This document shows positions 27,248 to 35,699 of a stretch of DNA of 64,000 nt, piece after piece. The stretch is from contig UQLA01000006.1 in assembly GCA_900541745.1 (NCBI GenBank), positions 17,251 to 81,250 on the forward strand, written 5' to 3'. Position 1 is the first letter of the stretch; every line of letters begins with the position of its first letter. Both the position numbers and the translations under genes were made by a program. Source of the stretch: an uncultured Collinsella sp. (GTDB lineage Bacteria > Actinomycetota > Coriobacteriia > Coriobacteriales > Coriobacteriaceae). The notes below the pieces were generated by a model. The model did no database searches and was not told where the DNA came from. It saw nothing but the letters and a program-made list of their open reading frames with translations.

Positions 27248-27586
27248 ATGAAGTTGGATGAACTTAAAGGCTTCTCAGAGACGTTTGAAGATGCCGTTTT
27301 GCACGCAGATTGGTTGAGAGACCCATACGGCAATATCGCCCCGAAATTCGTTGCTACAGTTCGTCTGGGACGGTCTTTGGCAAAGAAGCTCGACAAGCTA
27401 GAGCAACACGACTGGATAAATGCCGCCGACAAGCCCGACACGACCACCGTGAGCCAGTACCTGAAGGTCCTGGACGCGCTGAAGCTCAACCCGAGCTGCG
27501 ACAAGTCCATCAAGGCCGAGCCGCAGAAGAAGAAGTCGAGCTCGCTGGCGGCATTCACATCCGGGTTCAAGGTCGTGAACGGCTGA
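27248..27586 (+). CDS. Terminase small subunit
   Basis: Position, TGATG coupling to terL, and YLKVLDALKLNP motif. Confidence 0.75.
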   Translation: MKLDELKGFSETFEDAVLHADWLRDPYGNIAPKFVATVRLGRSLAKKLDKLEQHDWINAADKPDTTTVSQYLKVLDALKLNPSCDKSIKAEPQKKKSSSLAAFTSGFKVVNG

Positions 27587-29169
27587 TGGGCTTGCTCCAC
27601 GTCAAAGCTGAAGAGAAGGGGTACGCCGAGCCGCGAATCTGGACCAAGCCCCTGCGCGAGCTCACGCCCGAGACCTCGCTTGGTTTCGAGGTCATCGACT
27701 ACGCCCGCGAGGTGCTCCACGTGGAGCTGCGACCGTGGCAGAAGTGGCTGCTCATCCACGCGCTCGAGCTGAATGAGGACGGCAGCTACCGCTTCAAGAA
27801 GGTCATCGTCCTCGTCGCCCGACAGAACGGCAAGACGATGCTCGCCAGCGTGCTTTCCAGCTGGTGGTTGTTCGTCGACTCGCAGCGCCACCCCGAGCGC
27901 GTGCCTCCCGTTAAGTTCAAGATCGTCGGCACCGCCCAGAACCTCGACATCGCGCGAGAGCCGTGGTCGCAGGTTCGCCTTTGGTGCAACCCGGATCCGC
28001 CGAGCGAGGCGGAATCGGAAGTCGCGATAGCCGATCTGCAGGAGGCGACCAACAAGGTCTCGGACACCAACGGCAAGGAGTACATCCAGGCGGCGTCGCT
28101 GGCCCACTACGAGATCCGCGCCGCCAAGAACGCCCGCGGCAAGCCTGCCGCCCGCGTCCTCATGGACGAGCTGCGCGAGCAGGAGAACTGGGTCGCGTGG
28201 AATGCAACCTCGCAGACCACTAAATCCTTTTGGAGCGGTCAGCTCTGGGGAATCTCCAACGCCGGCGATGCGAAGTCGGTCGTCCTCGCCGCGCAGCGCA
28301 AGGCCGCACTCAAGGTGGTCGCCAGCTGGGAGAAGCTGGTCGAGAAGCGCGGCATGGATCCGTTCGAGTGGGCCGACAAGCACGATAACGCGATAGGCAT
28401 CTTCGAGTGGTCGGGCCGTGACGGCTGCGAACTGGACAGCGACGAGGACCTCCTGCAGGCGAACCCCTCGTGCGGTTACGGCGGCATGACGCTCAAGTCA
28501 CTCAAGTCCGACATCGACGGCATGACCGAGGCGTCCTTCCGCACCGAGGTCCTGTGCCAATGGGTCACGGCTGACGTCACCCCCTACGTTGACGTCGAGA
28601 CGTGGGAGTCGCTCACCGATAACGACAGCCGAATCCCCGAGGACGAGCGCGTCGTGCTCGCCATCGACACCAGCGACGACCGCAAGACCACCTACGTCGC
28701 CGTGGCGGGCGCGAGGGGCGACGGCATGGACCACGTCGAGGTCATCGCGCGGCGCGACGGTAACCTGTGGGTGCCGAAATACCTCAAGTCCGTGCAGGAG
28801 GCATGGGGCATCGACGAGGTCGCCCTGCAGTCGAAGGGATGCCCTGCGGGGGACTTCCGCGACATGCTTGAGGAAGAAGGATGGACGGTCCATGCCATCG
28901 AGGGCAGCAAGCTCGGCTCCGTAGCAGGAAGCTTCAAGGATGCGGTGCTCGACGGGACCATCCGCCACACCGACCAGCCGGTTCTCACGCAGCAGCTCAA
29001 GTGCGCTGTCACTCGAAAGCTCGGCGAGGTCGATGTCTGGACGCGCAGGGCATCGCAGGGTCAGATCTCGGCGGTGATCGCCGCGAGCGAGGCGCTCTGG
29101 GCGCTGCGCAACTGCGAGCGACCGAAGCCCAAGGCCAAGCCTTCGCCCTATCCGCTGACGATTATCTAG
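27586..29169 (+). CDS. Terminase large subunit
   Basis: LRPWQ, VARQNGKT Walker A, VLMDELRE Walker B, ISNAG, LAID nuclease motif. Confidence 0.93.
   Translation: MGLLHVKAEEKGYAEPRIWTKPLRELTPETSLGFEVIDYAREVLHVELRPWQKWLLIHALELNEDGSYRFKKVIVLVARQNGKTMLASVLSSWWLFVDSQRHPERVPPVKFKIVGTAQNLDIAREPWSQVRLWCNPDPPSEAESEVAIADLQEATNKVSDTNGKEYIQAASLAHYEIRAAKNARGKPAARVLMDELREQENWVAWNATSQTTKSFWSGQLWGISNAGDAKSVVLAAQRKAALKVVASWEKLVEKRGMDPFEWADKHDNAIGIFEWSGRDGCELDSDEDLLQANPSCGYGGMTLKSLKSDIDGMTEASFRTEVLCQWVTADVTPYVDVETWESLTDNDSRIPEDERVVLAIDTSDDRKTTYVAVAGARGDGMDHVEVIARRDGNLWVPKYLKSVQEAWGIDEVALQSKGCPAGDFRDMLEEEGWTVHAIEGSKLGSVAGSFKDAVLDGTIRHTDQPVLTQQLKCAVTRKLGEVDVWTRRASQGQISAVIAASEALWALRNCERPKPKAKPSPYPLTII
28848..28868 (+). 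promoter_or_regulatory. Putative late promoter 2, inside the terL 3' end (GGGGGAC-N8-CATGCT)
   Basis: Same motif and spacing; about 310 nt upstream of the portal gene. Confidence 0.55.
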
Positions 29170-29179
29170 GAGCTGACAC

Positions 29180-30505
29180 ATGCGCTTTTCCGACCGCATC
29201 AGGGCGGCTTACGATGGCTTCACGGGCAAATCCGAGACTGCCGAGAACGCCGCCGGGCAGCCCGAGACCACCGCGCAGCACGCTGTTCCGTACGCGCCGA
29301 TGATTCCCCCCGGCTTGCTCGAGGACATCGCATTCGGCGATTACGACCGCCGCGACCTGTGGGCCGCCGAGTACAACGTCCGCATGGTGGTCGATTTCGT
29401 TGCAAGCAAGATCGCGGCGCTCCCGTTCCACGCCTACCGCGTGAAGCCCAACGGCGACCGCGAGGAGGCACCCAATTCGGAAATCGGTAAGCTCATCGCT
29501 GACCCGAGCTACGTTGCGAACGAGACCCGTTACCGTCTCATCCACTCGCTGGTGGTCGACATGATGCTCAACGACCAGTGGCTGATGCTGCTCACGATGG
29601 ACAAGGACTACGACTACCGCTTGCGCCGCATCCCATACGGCACGTACTCCGTGCGGTACAACGCGCTCGCGGAGCCGATGGGAGTCCAGATCACGCTCCC
29701 AAACGGTCAGGTCAACTACGAGCTGCCGAACAAGAACGTCCTGCTGTCGCTCGGCTACCCCGGCGCGGTCGGCAATCCCAAGCCCATGTCCGGCGCCTTG
29801 GGGCCGCTGCTCACAGAGGCGCGCGAGCTGGCGAGCTACCGCCGCTTCATCGCCCAGAACGGCGGACGCATCCCCGCCTACATCAAGCGACCCGCCGGTA
29901 TGGAGTGGGCGAGCGAGCAGGCGCGCAATGACTTCATCCAGGGCATGCGCGCCTACCGCAAGGGCGGTGGCAAGGACGGCGGCTGGCCCCTGCTCGAGGA
30001 CGGTATGGAAATCGTCACGCTCGACGCTTTCAAGCCCGTCGACATGGCAGACCTCGATGCACGCGACCGTATCGGCATCGCCGTGTGCAACGCATACCAC
30101 ATCTCGCCGGAGAACGTCGGCATCCGCACCGGCAACAAGTCGAGCGTGGAGGCCTACAAGGACCAGCTGTGGAATGTCGAGCTGGCCCCGTATGTCGTCC
30201 AGCTCGAACAGCAGCTGAATCATGTCATCCCCAAGGCGGTCGGCGAGGAGGACGTCTTCATCCTCGCGAACATGGATGCGCAGCTGCGGGGTACCCCCAG
30301 CGAACAATACAAGGCGTTGAGCACGGCGACCGGTCGTCCGTTCATGTCCCTGAACGAGGGCCGACGCAAGCTCAACCTTCCCGCCAAGGATGACGGCGAC
30401 GAGGTGATCGTCCCGCTCAACGTCACCCAAGGCGGACAGCCGTCCCCGCAGGACGGCGGCAATACCCAGAACGCCCAGACGGGCGCGAGCCCGAACGGGA
30501 GGTAA
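29180..30505 (+). CDS. HK97-type portal protein
   Basis: VDFVASKIAALPF, LLEDGMEI, MSLNEGRRKLNLP; follows terL. Confidence 0.92.
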   Translation: MRFSDRIRAAYDGFTGKSETAENAAGQPETTAQHAVPYAPMIPPGLLEDIAFGDYDRRDLWAAEYNVRMVVDFVASKIAALPFHAYRVKPNGDREEAPNSEIGKLIADPSYVANETRYRLIHSLVVDMMLNDQWLMLLTMDKDYDYRLRRIPYGTYSVRYNALAEPMGVQITLPNGQVNYELPNKNVLLSLGYPGAVGNPKPMSGALGPLLTEARELASYRRFIAQNGGRIPAYIKRPAGMEWASEQARNDFIQGMRAYRKGGGKDGGWPLLEDGMEIVTLDAFKPVDMADLDARDRIGIAVCNAYHISPENVGIRTGNKSSVEAYKDQLWNVELAPYVVQLEQQLNHVIPKAVGEEDVFILANMDAQLRGTPSEQYKALSTATGRPFMSLNEGRRKLNLPAKDDGDEVIVPLNVTQGGQPSPQDGGNTQNAQTGASPNGR

Positions 30506-30509
30506 CAAG

Positions 30510-31196
30510 ATGAGCAAGCTCGATTTCCTCAACTTCGAGGTCAAGGCCGTCCTCGAGGAGGAGGGCGTGTTCGAGGGGTACGCCTCCACGTGGGAGCGCG
30601 ACCTTATCGACGACGAGATCACTAAGGGCGCATACGCCGAGACGCTTTCAGCCGACTACCCCGACGGCGGCGCTGGAATCCCGCTCTATTGGGGCCACAA
30701 CTACGATTCGCCGCTCAACTGCATCGGCGAGTCCCTTTCCGCGTGCGAGGACGAGAAGGGCCTGAACGTCAAATTTAAGTTCGACCTCGATACCGCCGAG
30801 GGCAAGAAGGCGTACGACCTGCTCAAGCGCGGCCTCGTGCACCAGATGTCGGTCGGCTTCCTCGCGCAGAAGACCGCTTGGGTCAAGGACGAGGGCGACC
30901 AGTGGTCGCACCGCCGCATCGAGAAGATCAAGCTCTTCGAGGTCTCCGTGGTGCCCATTGCCTGCAACCAGCAGGCTGAGGTCACCGACGTCAAGAGCGG
31001 TCGAGCCATCTCCAAGGACAACGAGTCCCTCATCCAGCAGGCCATCGACTGCCTGCAGGATGTGCTCAAGAATGTCGGCTCCGATGACGATTCCGATGAA
31101 TCCGATGAGACCGATGAAAAGGCTCATGCACTTGCCGAGCGCAAGTCTGAGATAGCAGAAATCGCCGAATACCTCGGCGGAGCAGTCACCGATTAG
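30510..31196 (+). CDS. HK97-type prohead protease
   Basis: FEGYASTW, LYWGHN, QMSVGF, LFEVSVVPIACN. Confidence 0.93.
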   Translation: MSKLDFLNFEVKAVLEEEGVFEGYASTWERDLIDDEITKGAYAETLSADYPDGGAGIPLYWGHNYDSPLNCIGESLSACEDEKGLNVKFKFDLDTAEGKKAYDLLKRGLVHQMSVGFLAQKTAWVKDEGDQWSHRRIEKIKLFEVSVVPIACNQQAEVTDVKSGRAISKDNESLIQQAIDCLQDVLKNVGSDDDSDESDETDEKAHALAERKSEIAEIAEYLGGAVTD

Positions 31197-31206
31197 GAGG
31201 ACAAAC

Positions 31207-32532
31207 ATGCGCATTAAGGAGCGTATCGCCGCCGAGAAGAAGGCGGCACAGGACATTCTCGCCAAGGGCGAGGAGAACCTCACCGATGAGGAGTTCGAGC
31301 AGCTGAAGCAGCACGTCTCCGAGGCCAAGAAGCTCGAGGAGCGCGCCGCACTGCTCAAGGACGGAGCCGAGATCCTCGACAACGCCGCCGAGGGCAAGAA
31401 CCTCGAGCAGAAGAAGGAGGAGAACGCCGTGACCGCGAAGAGCATCGGCGAGCATTTCGCCAACGAGCTGAAGGCAAAGGGCCTCACGGTCGCCAAGGCC
31501 AAGACCATCAACTTCGAGACCTCCGAGTTCGGCACCAAGGCCGCTGCCGACGTGAACCTCACCGGCGGCGCCGCTGGCTCCAACGCCCCGTACCTTACCG
31601 AGATCGACGATCCCGCCTTCGCCACGCGCCAGGACCTGCTCATCGTCAACCTGTTCGGCACCGGTACCATGGGCGGTCAGGTGCTGAAGTACCCGGTCTA
31701 CGGCAAGCTCGAGGGCAAGCCCGGCGAGACCGCCGAGGGCGCAGCCGCCGCACACACCCACTTCCCCGACCCCACCTGGGAGAACGACACCCTCCACTCC
31801 ATCACGGACCTGTGGGAGATCACCGATGACATGATCGACGACCTGCCCTATGTCGTCTCCGAGATCAATGACCACAACCAGTACGAGTTCGACCTGGTCA
31901 AGGAGAACGAGATCTGGAACGGCGACGGCACCAGCGACAACATCAAGGGCCTTGTCGCGCGAATCCCGTCCGACTCCGTCATCGCCGGCACCAGCACCGA
32001 ACCGCTCGAGGACCGCATCTTTACGGCAATCACCATGATCAAGAAGAACGTCAACCGCACGGCTGACGGCCTTGTCATTAACCCCGAGGACTATAAGACC
32101 CTGCGCCTGAAGCGCGACAAGAACGGCCAGTACTACGGCGGCGGCTTCTTCCTGCCGCCCTACAACGGCACCGGCACCCTCGTCATCCAGCAGACCCCGT
32201 GGGGCCTGCCGACCGTGGTCACCCCGACCCAGGCGAAGGGCAACTGCGTGGTCGGCGCCTTCAAGACCGGCAAGGTTCTCTCCCGCGGCGCACGCACGCT
32301 GAAGACCAGCGACTCCCATAAGGAGAACTTCGGCTCCGGCATCACCGCCTTCCGCCTGAAGGAGCGCTGCACGCTCCAGGTCAAGTACCCGTACGCCTTC
32401 GTCAAGGTGTCCACGGACGAGACCAAGGTCGTCGCGCAGTCCGACGATTCCGGCATCGCGGTCCAGTCCGACGAGCCCGTGGCCGATACCGAGACCGCCA
32501 AGACCGCCAAGACCGCCAAGGCCGCGAAATAG
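31207..32532 (+). CDS. Major capsid protein (HK97 fold with N-terminal coiled-coil delta domain)
   Basis: Follows the protease; TAEGAA, IWNGDGT, VINPEDY..LRLKRDKNGQY, PWGLPTV. Confidence 0.92.
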   Translation: MRIKERIAAEKKAAQDILAKGEENLTDEEFEQLKQHVSEAKKLEERAALLKDGAEILDNAAEGKNLEQKKEENAVTAKSIGEHFANELKAKGLTVAKAKTINFETSEFGTKAAADVNLTGGAAGSNAPYLTEIDDPAFATRQDLLIVNLFGTGTMGGQVLKYPVYGKLEGKPGETAEGAAAAHTHFPDPTWENDTLHSITDLWEITDDMIDDLPYVVSEINDHNQYEFDLVKENEIWNGDGTSDNIKGLVARIPSDSVIAGTSTEPLEDRIFTAITMIKKNVNRTADGLVINPEDYKTLRLKRDKNGQYYGGGFFLPPYNGTGTLVIQQTPWGLPTVVTPTQAKGNCVVGAFKTGKVLSRGARTLKTSDSHKENFGSGITAFRLKERCTLQVKYPYAFVKVSTDETKVVAQSDDSGIAVQSDEPVADTETAKTAKTAKAAK

Positions 32533-32561
32533 CCTCGGCTGACTGATTGAAAGGGGGCATC

Positions 32562-33092
32562 ATGACCGAATCTTTCCTCGGCGACCATACCGACTACAGC
32601 GGGCTTGGTGCCCCCATGTTCAACGCCGCCGCCGTGAGCGCCATCCGCGGCTACTGCGGATGGCATATCGCGCCGTCGATGGTGCTGTCCGGCAAGGTCG
32701 GCTCCGCTGGCGGCAAGATCATCCGCATCCCCGCGCTCAACGTTACCGAGGTCACGAAGCTCGCACTGGCCGATGACACCGACCTTCTGGACGGTGCGCA
32801 GTGGAACGCTGACGGCCTTATCGAGCTGGCGGTGCCCGTTGAGCCGTGCCTGAGCGGCATCGAGTACACTGTCACCGCCGGATTCAACCCGGATGACGTG
32901 CCCGACCTCATCACGGTCGCGCTCCAGGTCTCCCGACGAGCCGCCAGCGCACCCGCGGGCACCGTGCGCTCCCAGAGCGTCAACGGCGCGTCCGTGAGCT
33001 ACGCATTCAGCGGTTCCGGTGCTACGTCCGTCCAGCTCATGCAGGACGAGCGCGAGATTCTCGACAGGTATAGGATTGCGAGGCTCCCGTGA
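32562..33092 (+). CDS. Head-tail adaptor
   Basis: AIRGYCGWHIAP...SQSVNGASVSY...EREILDRYRI; position. Confidence 0.75.
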   Translation: MTESFLGDHTDYSGLGAPMFNAAAVSAIRGYCGWHIAPSMVLSGKVGSAGGKIIRIPALNVTEVTKLALADDTDLLDGAQWNADGLIELAVPVEPCLSGIEYTVTAGFNPDDVPDLITVALQVSRRAASAPAGTVRSQSVNGASVSYAFSGSGATSVQLMQDEREILDRYRIARLP

Positions 33093-33451
33093 GCGGTTCT
33101 GATTTCGGTGAATTCGGTCGACCGCTCAAGCGTCTGCGCGCATCCCTTGTGGAAGATCCATACAATCCGGCGCGCACCGTACCGGATTGGGATGGCGAGG
33201 TCGATGAGCTTGTGTTCAACGGCTTCATCGCCACGGCATCCTCGGTCATGACGCCCGACGGCGCACGCGAGCAGGCGGTAACCGCCGTCACGCTCACGGT
33301 CGCTGACCCAACGGTCGATATCAGGCGCGGCGACCGCATCGAGGACGGTGCGCACGTCTACACGGTGGATGTTATCCCGTCAACTGATGCCAACCCGTTC
33401 ACAGGCTGGCAACCGACCCTCGAGGTCGGCCTTCAGGAGGTGGAAGGCTGA
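33089..33451 (+). CDS. Head-closure/stopper protein
   Basis: DPYNP...DIRRGDRI; position. Confidence 0.7.
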   Translation: MSGSDFGEFGRPLKRLRASLVEDPYNPARTVPDWDGEVDELVFNGFIATASSVMTPDGAREQAVTAVTLTVADPTVDIRRGDRIEDGAHVYTVDVIPSTDANPFTGWQPTLEVGLQEVEG

Positions 33452-33738
33452 TGCCGGCAGCAGGTCAGACAAAGGTCAAGTTCAACGACAAGTTCTTCGA
33501 TGACATCCTCCACAGTGCTGGCGTCGAGAACATGTGCCTGTCCAAGGCGCAGCAGGCGCTTGCGAACATCCGCGCGACAGCGCCCGTCGACACCGGTGCA
33601 TATCGCAACGGTTTTTGCATCGAGGTCCATAAGTCGGCGCACCGCAACTCCTATCGCGTGGTCGGCCACGACTGGAAGACGATTCTCCTTGAGTGCAAGG
33701 GCGGCTATCTCGCCCGCGCCCTGAAAGCGGTGAAGTAG
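33451..33738 (+). CDS. HK97 gp10-like neck protein
   Basis: APVDTGAYRNG motif. Confidence 0.75.
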   Translation: MPAAGQTKVKFNDKFFDDILHSAGVENMCLSKAQQALANIRATAPVDTGAYRNGFCIEVHKSAHRNSYRVVGHDWKTILLECKGGYLARALKAVK

Positions 33739-34152
33739 ATGCAGATGGTGGTCCCTCCCGATCTGGAGATGTTCCTTTGCGGGTATCTCCGTGCCGTCCT
33801 CGGCTCGAAAATCGAGGTCGACAATCGCGAGCCGTCAAACTTCGACGGCGGCACGCCCTATTGCGTGGTGCGCGACGATGGAGGTCAGAAGACCGGTCTC
33901 ACCACCTTCGACCGCTCGGTCGGCATCTCCATCTATGCGGGGAACCGGCAGAGCACACTACTTGCCGGAGAGCTTGCCAGACGTGCCTTCGCCGCGCTCA
34001 CGTCCCCGACCATCGCCTATGAGAAGGGGTCTCCCATCGCAGCCGTCATCGATGACGGTTGCAACGGCCCGTATCGCGTGACGGACCAGCACGATTCGAG
34101 CAAATGCTACATGACGGTCGAGTATTCGGTCGTCGGTGCAATTGAGGATTAA
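33739..34152 (+). CDS. Tail terminator
   Basis: VVRDDGG motif; immediately upstream of the major tail protein. Confidence 0.7.
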   Translation: MQMVVPPDLEMFLCGYLRAVLGSKIEVDNREPSNFDGGTPYCVVRDDGGQKTGLTTFDRSVGISIYAGNRQSTLLAGELARRAFAALTSPTIAYEKGSPIAAVIDDGCNGPYRVTDQHDSSKCYMTVEYSVVGAIED

Positions 34153-34184
34153 GGTTAGGGCTTTGCCCTGGAAAGGAGCCTGCA

Positions 34185-34811
34185 ATGGCTAAAGACAAGC
34201 AGGGTAACGACCTCGCAAACGTAGGCGTGCCCGTAACCGGTGCAATCTGCATCGTCCCGTACGCCGAGGGCAACGTCATCACCCGCACCATGATCGGCAA
34301 GAAGAACGCCACTCCGAAGCTCCCGGAGGTCTATGCGCGCGGCACCGCATGCCTCGGCCTCATCACCAGCGACGGCGCTCCGCAGGATTCCACCGAGTCT
34401 GGCGACGCCATCGAGTTCTGGCAGCAGGGTTACATGCTCAACGGCGAGACGACCATCTCCACGGCCTTCACCATCGCCGAGGACACCGACCTCGCACGAG
34501 AGTTCTGCTTCGGCGAGAAGCCCGACGCCGACGGCGTCATCGCGGTCGATACCTTCACGCCAGACACCAAGTGGATGGCGTACGAGGAGATCACCTATAA
34601 GAACGGCAACGTCGACCGTCGCGCCGGCGTAATCCAGGTGACTGCCAATGAGCCGGGTCAGGCCGAGCGCGGTTCCGTCTTCGGTCGAGCCGTCACCGTC
34701 AAGTGGGTGCGCGACGACCTGTACGAGGGCAAGGCATTCATCGAGGCGCATTGCACGCCCGCCGATGCCACGGCGGCCGCCTCTTCTGCCGCAACCGGCA
34801 AGAACTCCTAA
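34185..34811 (+). CDS. Major tail protein
   Basis: LGLITSDG motif, strong AAAGGAG RBS, followed by a terminator and the chaperones. Confidence 0.85.
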   Translation: MAKDKQGNDLANVGVPVTGAICIVPYAEGNVITRTMIGKKNATPKLPEVYARGTACLGLITSDGAPQDSTESGDAIEFWQQGYMLNGETTISTAFTIAEDTDLAREFCFGEKPDADGVIAVDTFTPDTKWMAYEEITYKNGNVDRRAGVIQVTANEPGQAERGSVFGRAVTVKWVRDDLYEGKAFIEAHCTPADATAAASSAATGKNS

Positions 34812-34839
34812 GCGAAATACAGCTTTCCCTTCTCTTGTT

Positions 34840-34872
34840 GGGCATTGCGCTTCGGCGCGGTGCCCTTTTTTT
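34840..34872 (+). terminator. Intrinsic terminator after the major tail gene
   Basis: GGGCATTGCGC-TTCG-GCGCGGTGCCC-T7. Confidence 0.9.
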
Positions 34873-34875
34873 ATC

Positions 34876-34896
34876 GGGGGACCCCGGCCGAACAAT
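34876..34896 (+). promoter_or_regulatory. Putative late promoter 3 (GGGGGAC-N8-AACAAT)
   Basis: Begins 3 nt after the terminator, upstream of the chaperone and tape measure genes. Confidence 0.7.
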
Positions 34897-34938
34897 GTCC
34901 ATGTCGTAAGAGGCCATTCGAGAGAAGGGAAAGTCGAG

Positions 34939-35319
34939 ATGGCTGAAGAGAAAGAGTTCGAGCCGACCATCGAGGATTTTGAGAACTGGACCGAGGAGAA
35001 GGAGCAGGCCGAGTTCGAGCGCATCGCCGATGCGAACAAAGTCATGTATGTGATCGGCGACAACACGCTGTTCGTCCGCACGTCCGCCGGCAACATCTAC
35101 CGCCTGCCCATGTGCCCGAGCTACGCCGAGGTGGCTGCAATCCAGAGCGGTACGGATAACGATGCCCTCGAGCACCTTTGCACGCTCATCGAGGGCGGCA
35201 AGGGCGGCACGGATGCCGTCGAGCGCTTCAAGGCCGAGCCGCTCCAGACGATGGTCAAGATCCTCGAAGTCTTCGGCGAGAAGCTGGCCAAGACCCAGGG
35301 AGCGACCCTGGGGGAATAG
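34939..35319 (+). CDS. Tail assembly chaperone (G)
   Basis: Between major tail and tape measure genes; ends in the slippery sequence CTG GGG GAA TAG. Confidence 0.85.
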   Translation: MAEEKEFEPTIEDFENWTEEKEQAEFERIADANKVMYVIGDNTLFVRTSAGNIYRLPMCPSYAEVAAIQSGTDNDALEHLCTLIEGGKGGTDAVERFKAEPLQTMVKILEVFGEKLAKTQGATLGE

Positions 35320-35678
35320 CCGGCTTCATCGCCGAGCTGAAGGAGCACGAGGACGCCGCGAGGGCTGATTTCGCGGCAAGGGGATGGAGCCTGCAGGCCG
35401 ACCTCGGAAGCAGGCTCCGCTATGCGGATGCGATTGCGCTGTTCAGGGCGCTCTCGGGAGACCCGGCGACCTCAACAGGTGCGCACGTGGCAGGTCTCAA
35501 GTATCCGACCAGTTTTGCCGACATGTTCATCGTGGCGGCTTTGACCAAGAACGAGTTCCCGTCTCCCATCCCGACCGAGGAAGAGCAGCTCCGCGCTGCC
35601 TCCTTCAAGGCCTCTGGCGATGAAGCGCAGAAGGCGGCAGAGAACATGGCTCCGCTGTTCGCTTCGCTTTACGAGTAA
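35310..35678 (+). CDS. Tail assembly chaperone extension (GT) via -1 frameshift
   Basis: The -1 frame is open from GGGGGAA (35310-35316): GGIAGFIAELKEHEDAARADF... I see no good start of its own. Confidence 0.8.
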   Translation, partial: GGIAGFIAELKEHEDAARADFAARGWSLQADLGSRLRYADAIALFRALSGDPATSTGAHVAGLKYPTSFADMFIVAALTKNEFPSPIPTEEEQLRAASFKASGDEAQKAAENMAPLFASLYE

Positions 35679-35699
35679 CGAGATCGGGGGAGATCGCGC

